A stretch of DNA of 64,000 bases from Selaginella moellendorffii (taxonomy: Eukaryota; Plantae; Lycopodiophyta), in assembly GCF_000143415.4 (NCBI RefSeq), contig NW_003314266.1, positions 1,882,463-1,946,462 on the forward strand, in the 5' to 3' direction. Position 1 is the first letter of the stretch. The number at the start of each line of letters is the position of its first letter. Under the pieces are notes generated by a model. The model made no database searches and was not told the DNA's origin. It saw nothing but the letters and a program-made list of their open reading frames with translations. A program made the position numbers and the translations under genes. Shown here one piece after another: positions 1 through 11,800 of this stretch.

Positions 1-845
1 CTCGGACTTGGACTCGGACTCGGACTCGGACTCAGCCTTGGCCTCGGTCTCAGTCTCGATCCCGATCTCGGTCTTGGTTTGGATCTCAGTCTCGATCTCG
101 GTCTTGGTCTCAGTCTCGGTCTCGATCCCAGTCTCGGTCTCGACCTCGGACTCCATCTCAGGTCCTTCTCAGACTCCATCTCAGATTCCATCTCGGGTCC
201 ATCTCGGACTCCATCTCGGACTCCGTTTCGGTCCTTCTCGGACTCCATCTCAGGTCCATCATGAACTCCACCTTAGTCCATCTCAAACTTCATCTCGGAA
301 TCCATCTCGGACTCCATTTTGGACTCCGTCTTGGTCCACCTCGGACTCCATCTCGGACTCCGTCTCGGTCCATCTCGGTTCATCTTGGACTCCATCTCGG
401 ACTCCACCTCGGACTCCAACTCGGGTCCATCTCGGACTCCATCTCGGACTCCACCTCGGACTCCATCTCGGACTCCACCTCGGACTCCATCTTGGTCCAT
501 CTCGGACTCCATCTCGGACTCCACGTCAGACTCCAACTCAGTCCATCTCGGACTCCATCTCGGACTCCACCTCGGACTCCAACTCGGGTCCATCTCGGAC
601 TCTATCTCGGACACTTCCACGTGTCATGTGTTGGTCCTTTTGGGTCCCTTTTTGGAGCCTCGTTTTTTGCTCACTTCATGCTCGTTCCTTGAGCACTCCG
701 TTGGGAGTTCCACTCCTGCTCTCAACCTTTCAAGTTGGAGCCTTTTAGTCCAAACGTGTTACGCTCGTTTGGCTTTCGTTTTGGCCACCACCACGTGGCA
801 CCCTTTCGGCTCCACTTTTGGGGCCTAGGGATTTTGTGTCTCACA
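1..845 (-). repeat. 3' LTR (truncated by window edge) of non-coding LTR element A; contains CTCGGACTCCAT-type simple repeat array
   Basis: Near-identical to 5945-6708; ends ...TGTGTCTCACA; abuts PPT at 846-859 (ATGGGTGGTGGAGT on the minus strand). Confidence 0.9.
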
Positions 846-3800
846 ACTCCACCACCCATAGACGAAGTTCGATGTCCTCATCGAACAGTAAAACCCCTTT
901 TATATAATAACACATGCTTGTATTAGCATTTCCATCCTTGGCACCCAGCCAAAGTTTGTCAATGGTTTAACACTAAAGGCTCACTAGGCCTTATCCATCC
1001 TCTAAGGAGCTTAGTCTCTCCAACTTAGAGACTTACTCAACCACCTGGGGTCGTTTGCTCCCTTTTATTGGTTCAGTTCTCGCTAAACACATTAGAAACA
1101 CCCTCTCTAACTTAATTCCACTACTCATTCTCGAGTAGTTTCAAATTCCATTGCCATAACCTTTGCACTTTGGAACTTTTAATTTTGACTTCTCAAAGTC
1201 AATTTCCTAAGTGTCTCCGACACCTTACGTTGCACATGGTGCAACTCCACTTCCCTATCCTAAGAAGTTCTTTACTTGAGGGTACTATCATCCTCTCTCC
1301 GATATCGTGCCACCTTTGGCATTAAGTTCCAGTTATCATAATTGGTGCTAGAGCTGCCCACGGCCCTATTATTTGGCTACCTTAGCGCTCCCCCCTTTGG
1401 AGCATCCACTTTCGCCAAATTGGAGAAGTTGGGAATCCACTCTAGGGAAACATTGCCTTTCTCACAATCTGTTAGCACCCAACATATTAGTGTTCTCAGC
1501 ATAACTTTGCCATTTGGATTCTTTCCCATGATTCCCATGGCTCTTTTCTTAGCCACTAGTCTTTTGCTCCTATCCTTGATTGTTGCACCCAGCAACATAG
1601 GATTGCTACCTCCATTTTCGAAGTTTCGTTTCAGTTCCATAGCAAACACTTTGCTTTGCCAAGTCCAGCGGGTGTTCACCCCTAGTACGTCTCTTTAACA
1701 TTTTCTACTATGGGCTCTATCCACAGCCCAACTTTTGAAATCCTCCCTTGGATCTCTTATAGAGACTACCTTCCTCGGACTTACTATGCCACAGTATCGA
1801 CATAGCTCATTTCCCTTAGGTGTTCTTCCCACTTAGTTACCTTCACCAAGCCAAACCATTATCAATAGTTCAAATCAACACTTTAAACTAGGAATCATAT
1901 TCCTTAACCCAAACAAAGACTTTATCCTTGTTTAGCCACAAGATCACCTAGTGATCTCATCTTGACCCCTTAATAGGTGTACCAATAGGAACTAGGTCTT
2001 CCAGACCCCTCTACGTTGTTGACTATGACCCCGGGGGCATCCCTCACATTTGGAAGTGCGCCCAAGCCAGCCTTTCCGGCCAAGGATCCATAGCAACTGA
2101 GACTGGGTGTCCCCATCTCATTCACCACGTCCTTGGTGCCCTTTGCACCAAAGTGTTCAAATTAGATATGCCGAGCTTTCACTCTAAGCAATCTAACTGT
2201 GCATCACGACTCCGAGGCATCCCTCGCTTGGTGGTATGCCCAAACCAGTCTCCTCACTGAGAGTCCATGACCACCAAAATATGAGTGTCCTCATATTCCA
2301 AACCATCACCACGCCTTAGTGATTTGGGACTCGAACCCAAGCACTAGAGGGTTGGGACTTGAACCCAACCTCCGTATATGCATCTACGGATGGCATCGCA
2401 CAGGATGCCTGGCGTGACTCCACACGCCGGTGCACCAACTTATACTTAAAGCGGGTTATAGATCACAGCTTAGGAACCTAGTTCCTCGCACTACCAAGTC
2501 CTCTCACTTAACATGTCTGCGATCATGCATGGACTCCTCCATGCTCGGCCCACTAGGCCACCCCTTTGAAGTTAGCTCTTTTAACTAGGGTATTCGTTCC
2601 CCCCGACTTGCCAATCTCACTTAGCAAGTCATTTGGCCACCGTAACATGGTTCATGCATAAGCATGAAAGTCCTTAACCATTGACTTTCGTTCAAAGCCC
2701 TCTCTTTGAACACTTGGGAACTACTTCCCCAATCTCGATAGCCTCGCCTCATGGCAAGCTTCAAGACGACGTTTTTGTTGTGTCATTCTGATTTCGCGCG
2801 TTCTATAAACCATTTACACTTGGCTGTTTAGGTACTTATCTACCTAGGGGAACGTTCAAGGAACTTTGTTCCTTGGCTTGCTAAGACCTCTCCTCTCGCA
2901 AGCTTTCCAATTACCATATAGTCTAACATGGACAATCTCATGCTTTAGACTCTCTATGGCATCTCAATCTCTAATAACAACATGTTTGAGCACCCACTTG
3001 ATTCTCCACTCCTAACTTGCATAACCACTTTTGGTCATGCCTGTCAATTCCTATGGTTCGGTTTTATCCCTATACTATTTGCCTTTTGGCCTCATACATT
3101 TCCTTCAGTTATTCTCCTTCAGACTAGGAAGATAGCTTTGCACTTTCTACCATGCCTTGGCAAGTATTTATGGGGATGAACCTACCCTACAGCCTAGGGA
3201 GTGGTTCCTCAATCCGGGTTTGCTCACTTTGTAATCCCACACACTAGGATCACCATTGCTACTTATGGGCCTTTTATATGCCATCATTGGCTTTGCCAAA
3301 ATCCCTCTTTGGCTTTGTCCAATTTGGGTAGACGGACTTCTTCTATCTCCACAACCTTAGACATTTGGATAGCACCTCCTATCCTTCATTCGCTAGGGAC
3401 TTTGTCCCTTGGGCATTATCCATTGCCCCCATAACACCAAATACCCCCTTCTGGTGTTCTAGAGTGTTTGGGTGTTCCAATGATAGCCTCTCTGACAATG
3501 AGCATTCCTTTTTCGACATTGACTTACTATGTCGCAACATAAATAATTTATCCCTTATAAGGGTATATCGAACTTCCTTATCCCAATAAAAAGTCTTAGG
3601 TAGTTGCCTTCTACTAGTTTATGAATTATTTTGCACCTTTTGCTTAATTGCTTCATAGTTGTCAAGTCTTACAACTCATTGCTTAGTGCTTTCACACCTC
3701 CATCATTATCTGGGTCACCACACTCCAACCACATGCCTTCCAGCATAGACTATGCCATTCCCATTTCCATTGGGATTCCTTTGGCAAGGGGTTCTCATGA

Positions 3801-4897
3801 ACCTATCAACATAACCTCAAGGCATCACACCTTGGCCCATTTGGTGTCTCCACACCATCGGCTCCATGTGTCTGCCTTTATGACACTTTGCACTTGTGTC
3901 TAGGTCTTTGCTAAAACCAACCCAGTCGTTTCTCATGCCAACTATCTGTTAGCACTACACTATAGTGTTTGCACACAACTCTGCACCAAAGTTGCTTTTT
4001 CTATGAACACCTTTCCCAAGACTTGAGCATGGCACATTCTGCCATTGATGAAATACCCTCTGTTCTCATCCTTGGATCCTATGATCCCCCCCCATCATTC
4101 GTGGGGTACAACACACCTCAGTCCAAATGCTTCCATCAATCCTTCAGGATTATTCCTTGACTCTATTTAAGTCCTCCAGCTTTTTGGACTTTGTCATCCG
4201 ATGACCCATGAGGTCCCACTTTTGAGGTGCCAACTCACTGGAATACAATTTCTTGTATTCATGTCCTACTTACAAAGACCATCTTTGCAAGTGTTACTCC
4301 GACACTTGATTTGTTCTCTTGGGGCAACCTTTTGCCCCTTAGGACCACTTGTCCATATGATGAGAATACCAACTCATCCTCTAAGTACACCCCTAACTCC
4401 TTGGGTTGTTCTAACATTTATTAGAAGTAGCCCTGGCTACCATTTCAAGGACTTGTGTCCTCTTCCATATTTGACCTTCCATGGTCATTAATTCTGGTCT
4501 CAAATTCATGAGCACTAGCCTCAACTATATGAGGGTAATCTTGTGACTCCATTATCGTTTTAGAGTTTGCATCTTTCCCGTGATCCCAACTGTAGTTGTT
4601 TACCACAACTACATCAGCCAGTTTGCTAAGTCAAATGCTCATCTAGATCACATCCTCAACTCTCTAAGAAAACCCTTACACTGTTCCCAAGATCCCAAAG
4701 TCGTTCCCTTACTAGCCCTCTTCCATCCACTACATCATGCACAAGTTCACGCATGAATTTGAGTGGAGAGCCATGTCCTCTCGACATGCTACTCCTCGAG
4801 GATAGGTCCATATCTAGGACCTTCCAACTCCAATACAAGTGGTGATATGTTTGGCCATCAATAAAAGTCGGACTAAGGACCAGCTCTGATACCAAAT

Positions 4898-6708
4898 TGT
4901 ATGCAACTAAATTTTTATATTTTACTTTAGTCACTTAACCACACCTCCGACCACTTGGAGGAGTTTCACTCACAAAATCCATAAGTCCTATTTTGGACTT
5001 GGGCTTGCTAGCCCCAAGAATGGCATCTCTACCACTCAACATTTGCACTTGGTCCAAGTGCTCCACGTGTCTGATCTCATGACCGACACCCCAAGGTACC
5101 ACCGACACATCAGCCTGTTACACTAAGGCCATGCCCATTCACCTTGGTCACACTAGTGGTCTAACACCACCTACACCATAGTCCTGTCTCTCAAAGACTG
5201 GGCCATCCATCCATGAGTGATCATCTCAGATCCACTCCTTAGCATCCTTAGGATGCCCACAGACATGGGGAATGGCCTTCCCCAATATCCCCTTTTCGGT
5301 CCCCACCAAGTCCCTTTCTGTCCATGGCTGTGTTCGCCAACACTGCCACTGGATCAAAGCCCACAAGCCTGACCACTAAGTCCCACGGTCCTTTGGGACT
5401 TCCTCACCACATGATTGTATCTTTGGTCACTACACCAGAGGATTACTCTTCTTCCTTTCCACAGTCTGGGCCTTCATGACAACATTTCGGAACACCGTGG
5501 CCTTACGCAAGCCTCGTGGGTACTCTCCCCGCCTTCCGCCTTTGGGTGCTCTAGCCATGGGCTTAGAGCGAGGTCCCGTTGAGCCACGCCTGGTATCCAA
5601 GTAGGTAGTGCCACCCACACTTGGACTGGGAGCATCGGCCAGTCGATCTCCCGGGGGAACTAGAGCCGGCTCTTGAACACTTCACCAAGCTACCCTGCTT
5701 GTCAGTCTATGTTCACTTTAGTCTTGGACTTCCCAATGGGCAGCTCATCACCCAACACTAGGTATAGCCTTCCTAGGCCAAACTGGCCTTTCCTGGCCAA
5801 ACTGGCTCCACTGCAGTCCTCCCCCTTACTATACTTTTGGAGCTCACTAAACCCCCCAGGGTCTGGGAGACGAACGCTTTGGGCTTTCACCCTCTCAGAC
5901 TCGAACTCGGACTCGGACTCGGTCTCGGACTCGGACTCGGACTCAGACTTGGACTCGGACTCGGACTCAGACTCAGCCTCGGCCTCGGACTCGGTCTCGA
6001 TCCCGATCTCGGTCTCGGTCTCGGTCTCAGTCTTAGTCTCGGTCTCAGTCTTAGTCTCGGTCTCGGTCTCGGTCCCAGTCTCGGTCTCGACCTTGGACTC
6101 CATCTCGGGTCCTTCTCGGATTCCATCTCAGGTCCATCTCGGACTCCATCTCAGACTCCGTCTCGGTCCTTCTCGGACTCCATCTCGGGTCCATCTCGGT
6201 CCATCTCGGAATCCATCTCAGACTCCATTTCGGACTCCGTCTTGGTCCACCTCGGACTCCATCTCGGACTCCGTCTCGGTCCATCTCGGTCCATCTTGGA
6301 CTCCATCTCGGACTCCACCTCAGACTCCAACTCGGGTCCATCTCGGACTCTATCTCGGACTCCACCTCGGACTCCATCTCCGTCCATCTCGGACTCCAAC
6401 TCGGTCCATCTCGGACTCCATCTCGGACTCCACCTCGGACTCCAACTCGGGTCCATCTCAAACTCCATCTCGGACACTTCCACGTGTCATGTGTTGGTCC
6501 TTTTGGGTCCCTTTTTGGAGCCTCGTTTTTTGCTCGCTTCATGCTCGTTCCTTGAGCACTCCATTGGGAGTTCCACTCCTACTCTCAACCTTTCAAGTCG
6601 GAGCCTTTTAGTTCAAACGTGTTACGCTCGTTTGGCTTTCGCTTTGGCCACCACCACGTGGCACCCTTTCGGCTCCACTTTTGGGGCCTAGGGATTTTGT
6701 GTCTCATA
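4898..6708 (-). repeat. 5' LTR of element A
   Basis: Starts TGT at 4898 next to the PBS; ends GTCTCATA (CA mutated to TA); homologous to solo LTR 20819-22585. Confidence 0.9.
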
Positions 6709-7331
6709 GAAGTGTTGAATGCAACTATCAAGGTGCATTTCAATGATAACTTGCAAAAGGGGAACACAACGAGGTCAGGATCCACATTTAGCAAAGGGGC
6801 TAAACCAAGAGGGACATATGGCAAAAGGAAATTCAAGAAGAATTTCTTTAAGAATGAGTCCCCAGTGTCCGGGAAAGGCAGATTCGGTGGCCAACGAGCA
6901 AGTACATGGGGTAGTCAAGCAAAAAAAAACAAATCCACCAATAAGAAGGTCAAGTCTACTAGTAGCATGGGAAACAACATATGCTTCAATTGTGGTGAAG
7001 CAAGACACTTTTTAAGGGAATGTCTATACCCAAATAAGGCCAAAGCTAATATGGCCATTAAGTTGGGTGAAATCTAAATTAAGGTATGTGATCCAGTCCC
7101 TAACTCAAAGTTACTCATTACACGAGCAACTTTGTTAGAGAGTCGTTCACAACATCTACTAACCCTCCGAGGGAAGTTTGAAGGTAGCTTTGTTAAGATC
7201 TTTATTGACACAGATGCTTCAAATAATTTTGTGGCTACAAACATAGTTCGGCAAGCTGGACTAATAATGCAGCAACTGGGTGAACCAAGGACATTAGAGT
7301 TTGTTCAAGGTAGCCAAAGCACCGATGAGGT
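6709..7331 (+). pseudogene. Decayed gag C-terminus, zinc knuckle and protease of older chromovirus copy (element C, part 1)
   Basis: CFNCGEARHFLREC and KIFIDTDAS are homologous to element B pol; internal stop; interrupted at 7331 by element B. Confidence 0.88.
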
Positions 7332-8479
7332 TGTAAGCCACAAATTTTTCCTTTCCAATTTGCCAGCTTACCTCGTCTATCCGTCCAACACTGCCTTGGC
7401 TTTTGCTAAGTTCCCTTGCCAAGGTTCTCGCCTATGGTACCAGCTCCTACTTGGTTTCAGCTACTCACTGCACGAGCAACGGAGTGTTAGCCATCCTTCC
7501 ACGAATTCCCAAATCACTCCCAATCCCCCTCCCCGGGTTAGACTGGACTTAAGGTTCGGCTACACTCCCCGCAAGCACAAGCAGCCAAGCACACCAAGCT
7601 TCCAGGTTCCTAACATCCCTTGGTACCACAAGACTTGATCATGGGACCCTCTAAATCCCAAGTCTTGAGTGCAACATTTGCTTCGGGACGCCGGGGCGAA
7701 ACACCATGGCCTAACGGCCCGGTATGGGTACCTCTCGCCCCCCACTTCCATCCCAAAGGAAGGCCCAAGCCCCTAGGAAGGGCGAGGACCAATGAGCCGC
7801 ATGGTACTCAAGTGGGGCACCACTCCACATGAGCCGGGAGCACCGCAATCGGTTTCCCTTTCGGGAGTGGGAGCTACTCTTGAGCACTTCCTTGGATGGC
7901 CCCTCCGGCACCAGCCAAGTCCATGCTCACTCCCACCCAAGGCCCCTTAGTCCCAGTCCCAACCTCAAGTCGGTTTGGAAGCCCAACTGGAGAGTCCCTT
8001 CAAAACTGGTTCCTGGACCTCACTATCCCTACTATACTTTTGGAACCCCCTGCAGCCCCCCCCCCCTGGGGGACGCACGCTTTGGGCTTTCACCCCTTGA
8101 CCCATATTAGTATTTGGACTTAGTCTCTGGCTCGATCTCGGATCCGATTTCGGATCCGACTTCGGATTCGGTCTCGGACTCGATCGCGGACTCGATCTCG
8201 GACCCGATCTCGGGCCCGACCTCGGACTCGACTTCGGACTCGGTCTCGGACCCGATTTCGGATCTCGGACTCCGTCTCGAACTCGGTCTCGAACTCGGAC
8301 TCGAACTCGGTCCCCGAGTCGGTCTTGGACTCGATTCCGGACTCTATCTCGAACTCGGTCCTAGAGTCGGTCTTGGACTCGATCTTTGACTTGGTCCCAT
8401 CCGATGAACTCTTTGTCATTTTGGTCATGCTTTCGGGGTTCCCTTAGCCTACGACACCTCGGCGAGTTGGTTCCTTACA
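7332..8479 (-). repeat. 3' LTR of element B
   Basis: About 99% identical to 13719-14843 (8 substitutions seen, a 24-bp indel in the CTCGGA repeat, a 1-bp poly-C indel). Confidence 0.96.
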
Positions 8480-8536
8480 ACTCCACCACCCATAGAAGAA
8501 GTTCGATGCCCACATCGAACGTCTCTTTTTTTTATC

Positions 8537-8800
8537 CTACGACTTGTTGACCATGTCTCCGGGGGCATCCCCCCACTTAGCGGTGTGCCTAAGTTAGCCT
8601 CCCCGGCCAAAAGCTCATGACAACGGAATATAGGTGTCCCTATACTCCTCCCCTCACCACGCCCTAGTATGGGGTCGGGACTTGAACCCAGCCTTGCTTT
8701 ACTAGGGGGTTGGGACTCGAACCCAACCTCCGTAGAATACGTCTACGGTTTCGACATCCCCGCAGGGAGTCGAGCGTAGCTCCCTACGCCTGGTCGACCT
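8537..8800 (-). ncRNA. Candidate structured cis-RNA in the 3' non-coding region of element B (cloverleaf-like domain with two T-loop hairpins and a GACA-loop hairpin)
   Basis: Hairpins with compensatory changes between elements A (2020-2440), B and C (16490-16775). Confidence 0.6.
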
Positions 8801-8884
8801 AGCTAACCCATGCTAATTAGCTTACCTTCGGCGCGCCTTCGGGTCCCAACATATGCCATTGCTCAACTTCTCAATTTGATACTT

Positions 8885-11800
8885 TTAATTGAACTTTGCA
8901 TAAGTACATAGAGTTCTGCCATGCAGAAATTCCTCCACTAGATCTCGCGTGTTCGCTAGGTTCTCCTCCGGTTCCCATGTTGCTTCGCAGTGTGGAAATC
9001 CTTTCCACTTCACATGGAACTCTCTCACCTCGCGTCCTTGTCGTTTGCTCTTGCGCGCATTGAGGATTGCCTCGACTTCGTATTCCTCCTCCCCTTGGAT
9101 AACCTCAGGTAAAGGTCTTACTTGGTCCTTGCGAAGCAGATCCTCAAAATACGGCTTGAGTAAGTTCACGTGGAACACGGGATGCATCTTCCCCATCTCT
9201 CGAGGAAGTCGGAGACGGTAAGCCACTTTACCGATTCGAGCCTCAATCTCGTAAGGCCCCGCGAACCTGCTTAAGGAACTCAAGATCAATTCATTTACAG
9301 GAATACATGCATTTTTACCTTTGGGTCAACTTCCGGCTGATCCCACTTGGTAGCCTGAGGTTCTTGGTGTTCAGCCACACCTTCTCCCCAGCTTGGAACT
9401 CCACATCTCGACACTTTTGGTTCGCGTACTTAGTTTGCCTTTGTTGAGCCCGTTCCAAGGAATCCCTCACTAGATTCCAAATGTTGAGTCTTTCCGCCAT
9501 GAATGCCTCCACTGCGGGTAACTCTCCATGATACTCGGCCACGCCGAGTTCCACAGGACCTTCAATAGCTCGCCCATTGATGACTTCCCATGGACTCACC
9601 CCGATGCTCGAATGTGGTGAGTTGTTATAACACATTTCCGCAAGTCCCAAATGACTTACCCAGTCGGTCTGGTCTCCCGAGACATAGCATCGCAAATAAT
9701 CCTCCAGCTGCCTATTCACCCTTTCCGTTTGTCTGTCTGTCAAGAAGTGTTAGTGCCATCAATCTTGACTCAATACCCATTACCTGTCTGTGGGTGATAG
9801 GCCGTGCTGAATTTCAACTTGGTGCGATACTGTTCTAGGAGTGTCCTCCAAAACCTACTGGTGAAGATCTTATCTCGATCTGAGATAATCTCTTCCGGCC
9901 TTCCCCGCACTCGAACCACTTGTTCGAAGAACAGCTTCGCCACACCTTCCGCATCCACATCCGTTGTGGTGGGTATGAAATGTGCCATCTTTGAAAATCG
10001 GTCCACCACCACGAATATCGCATCGAACCCCTCGCTTGGGGGTAGTCCCGTGATGAAGTCCATCGTGAGACATTTCCACAGACGATCTAGAATGGGGATG
10101 CTTTGCAACAAGCCCCCACTAGCCTTCGTCACGGCTTTGACCTGCTGACATGTTGGATATGTCTTTACATAGTCTTGGACGTCCTTAGCCATATCTGGCC
10201 AGTGATACTTCCTTTTGAGTAAGCCCATCGTCTTGGGCACTCCGCCGTGTCCCGCGAGAGGTCCGTCATGACACTCTTCCAAGGCTACTTTTCTTAGTTC
10301 CCCTTCTGGAACATACACCCTCGTTTGCTTGTAATATATGAGTCCGTTGCGTTCCGCATAGCCCGTTTTCTCTTTCGTTGGCAGCTCACCTCTCTGGTGA
10401 GCTTCCCGTGCCTCCAGATTCCTCAGCAACACTTCTTGTGCTAGACCATCACTCTCGTATGCGGTCCGCACATCGTCCCAAAAGGTTGCTGTCGCGCTAG
10501 ATATCGCCAACTTCAAGCTCGCTTTTCGACTTAGCGCATCTGCCACGATGTTGCTCTTCCCAGGCTTGTACAGGATCTCGCAATCAAACTCGGCCAAAGC
10601 ATTGGCCCACCAACCTTGTTTTCCCCTTAGGTCGGGCTGTGACAAGAAGTGTTTCGTTGCCACATTGTCCGTGTAAACCTTGAAGTGTCTCCCAAGGTAG
10701 TGTCGCCACTTCTTGAGCGCCTTGACCACCGCAAACAATTCCTTCTCGTGGGCAGGCCACTTCCGTTGAGCCTTGTCCAGCTTCTTCGAGAAGAACGCTA
10801 CTGGATGGTTGTCTTGCTTCAAAACTACGCCCAACGCAAAGTCCGAAGCATCCGTGTCTACCTCAAAGTCTTTACCAAAGTCTGGTAATGCCAACACCGG
10901 AGCCTTCCTCAACTTCCCTTTGAGGTGGACGAATGCCGCCTCGCATTCCGCTGTCCATACCATCTTCCCTTTTCCTGTTTGGTCCGTTAAGGGCAGGGCT
11001 ACTCTCGAATAGTGTCTGATAAACTTTCGATAGTAGTTGCATAGCCCTAGGAACGCCCTCAACTCATGTACATTCGATGGTCGTTCCCATTCCTGGATCG
11101 CTTGGACCTTCTCCGGGTCCACCTTGAGCCCGTCCTGGCCCACCACATGCCCGAGAAACTTTACCTCTTGTTGAGCAAAGTCACATTTGCTCTCTTTAGC
11201 ATACAGTTTGTGTTCCCTTAGTTTCTCAAACACCTTCGCCAAGTGTTCGGCATGCTCCTCTAGCGTCTCGCTATAGATCAGGATGTCGTCAATATAGACG
11301 ACCACGAAGCGATCCAGATAGGGTACAAAGATGTGGTTCATCAACGCCGAAAACGTTGCCGGCACATTGCACAGCCCAAAGGGCATCACCAAAAACTCAA
11401 AGCTCCCATACCTCGTTTGACAGGTTGTCTTCTCGACATCTTCCTCAGCTACCCTGATCTGGTAGTATCCTGACCTTAGGTCAATCCTCGAGAAGTATTT
11501 TGCCTTTCCCAACCTATCGAACAGGTCTTCGATCCTTGGCAAAGGGTACTTGTTCTTCTTGGTATACTTGTTGAGCAACCGGTAGTCTATGCACATGCGC
11601 ATAAATCCATTTTTCTTTTTCACAAATAGCACCGGCGCCCCATACGGCGACTTGCTCAACCTAACATACCCTTTGTCCACCAACTCCTCTAGTTGGCTCT
11701 TGAGCTCCTTGAGTTCTTTTTCGTTCAATCGATAGGGTGGACGAACCACCGCCTCAGCACCCTCGACCAGCTCAATCTTATGTTCTATCGGTCGTGCGGG

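Larger units (their letters stand above)
1..6708 (-). mobile_element. Non-autonomous LTR retrotransposon (LARD-like), element A
   Basis: Two ~1.8 kb-type LTRs (1-845 partial, 4898-6708), PBS TGGTATCAGAGC (tRNA-iMet) ending at 4894, PPT identical to that of element B, and a ~4 kb interior with no long ORF or recognisable gag/pol. Confidence 0.8.

Noticed and set aside
190-610. Repeat arrays as CRISPR
   Set aside because: No unique spacers, no cas genes, and a eukaryotic LTR context.
8-828. Long ORFs rich in SDSD/LGLH/SRTP (also 5673-6691, 8114-8428, 20915-21586)
   Set aside because: They are translations of stop-poor LTR simple-repeat arrays, open in most frames, and not genes.
8700-8805. 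A genuine tRNA gene (for example tRNA-Sec) in element B
   Set aside because: No 7-nt anticodon loop, a 7-bp T-stem and no proper acceptor stem; reported as tRNA-like only.
8500-8830. Hammerhead ribozyme or retrozyme
   Set aside because: No CUGANGA...GAAA core found by eye in a compatible three-way junction.
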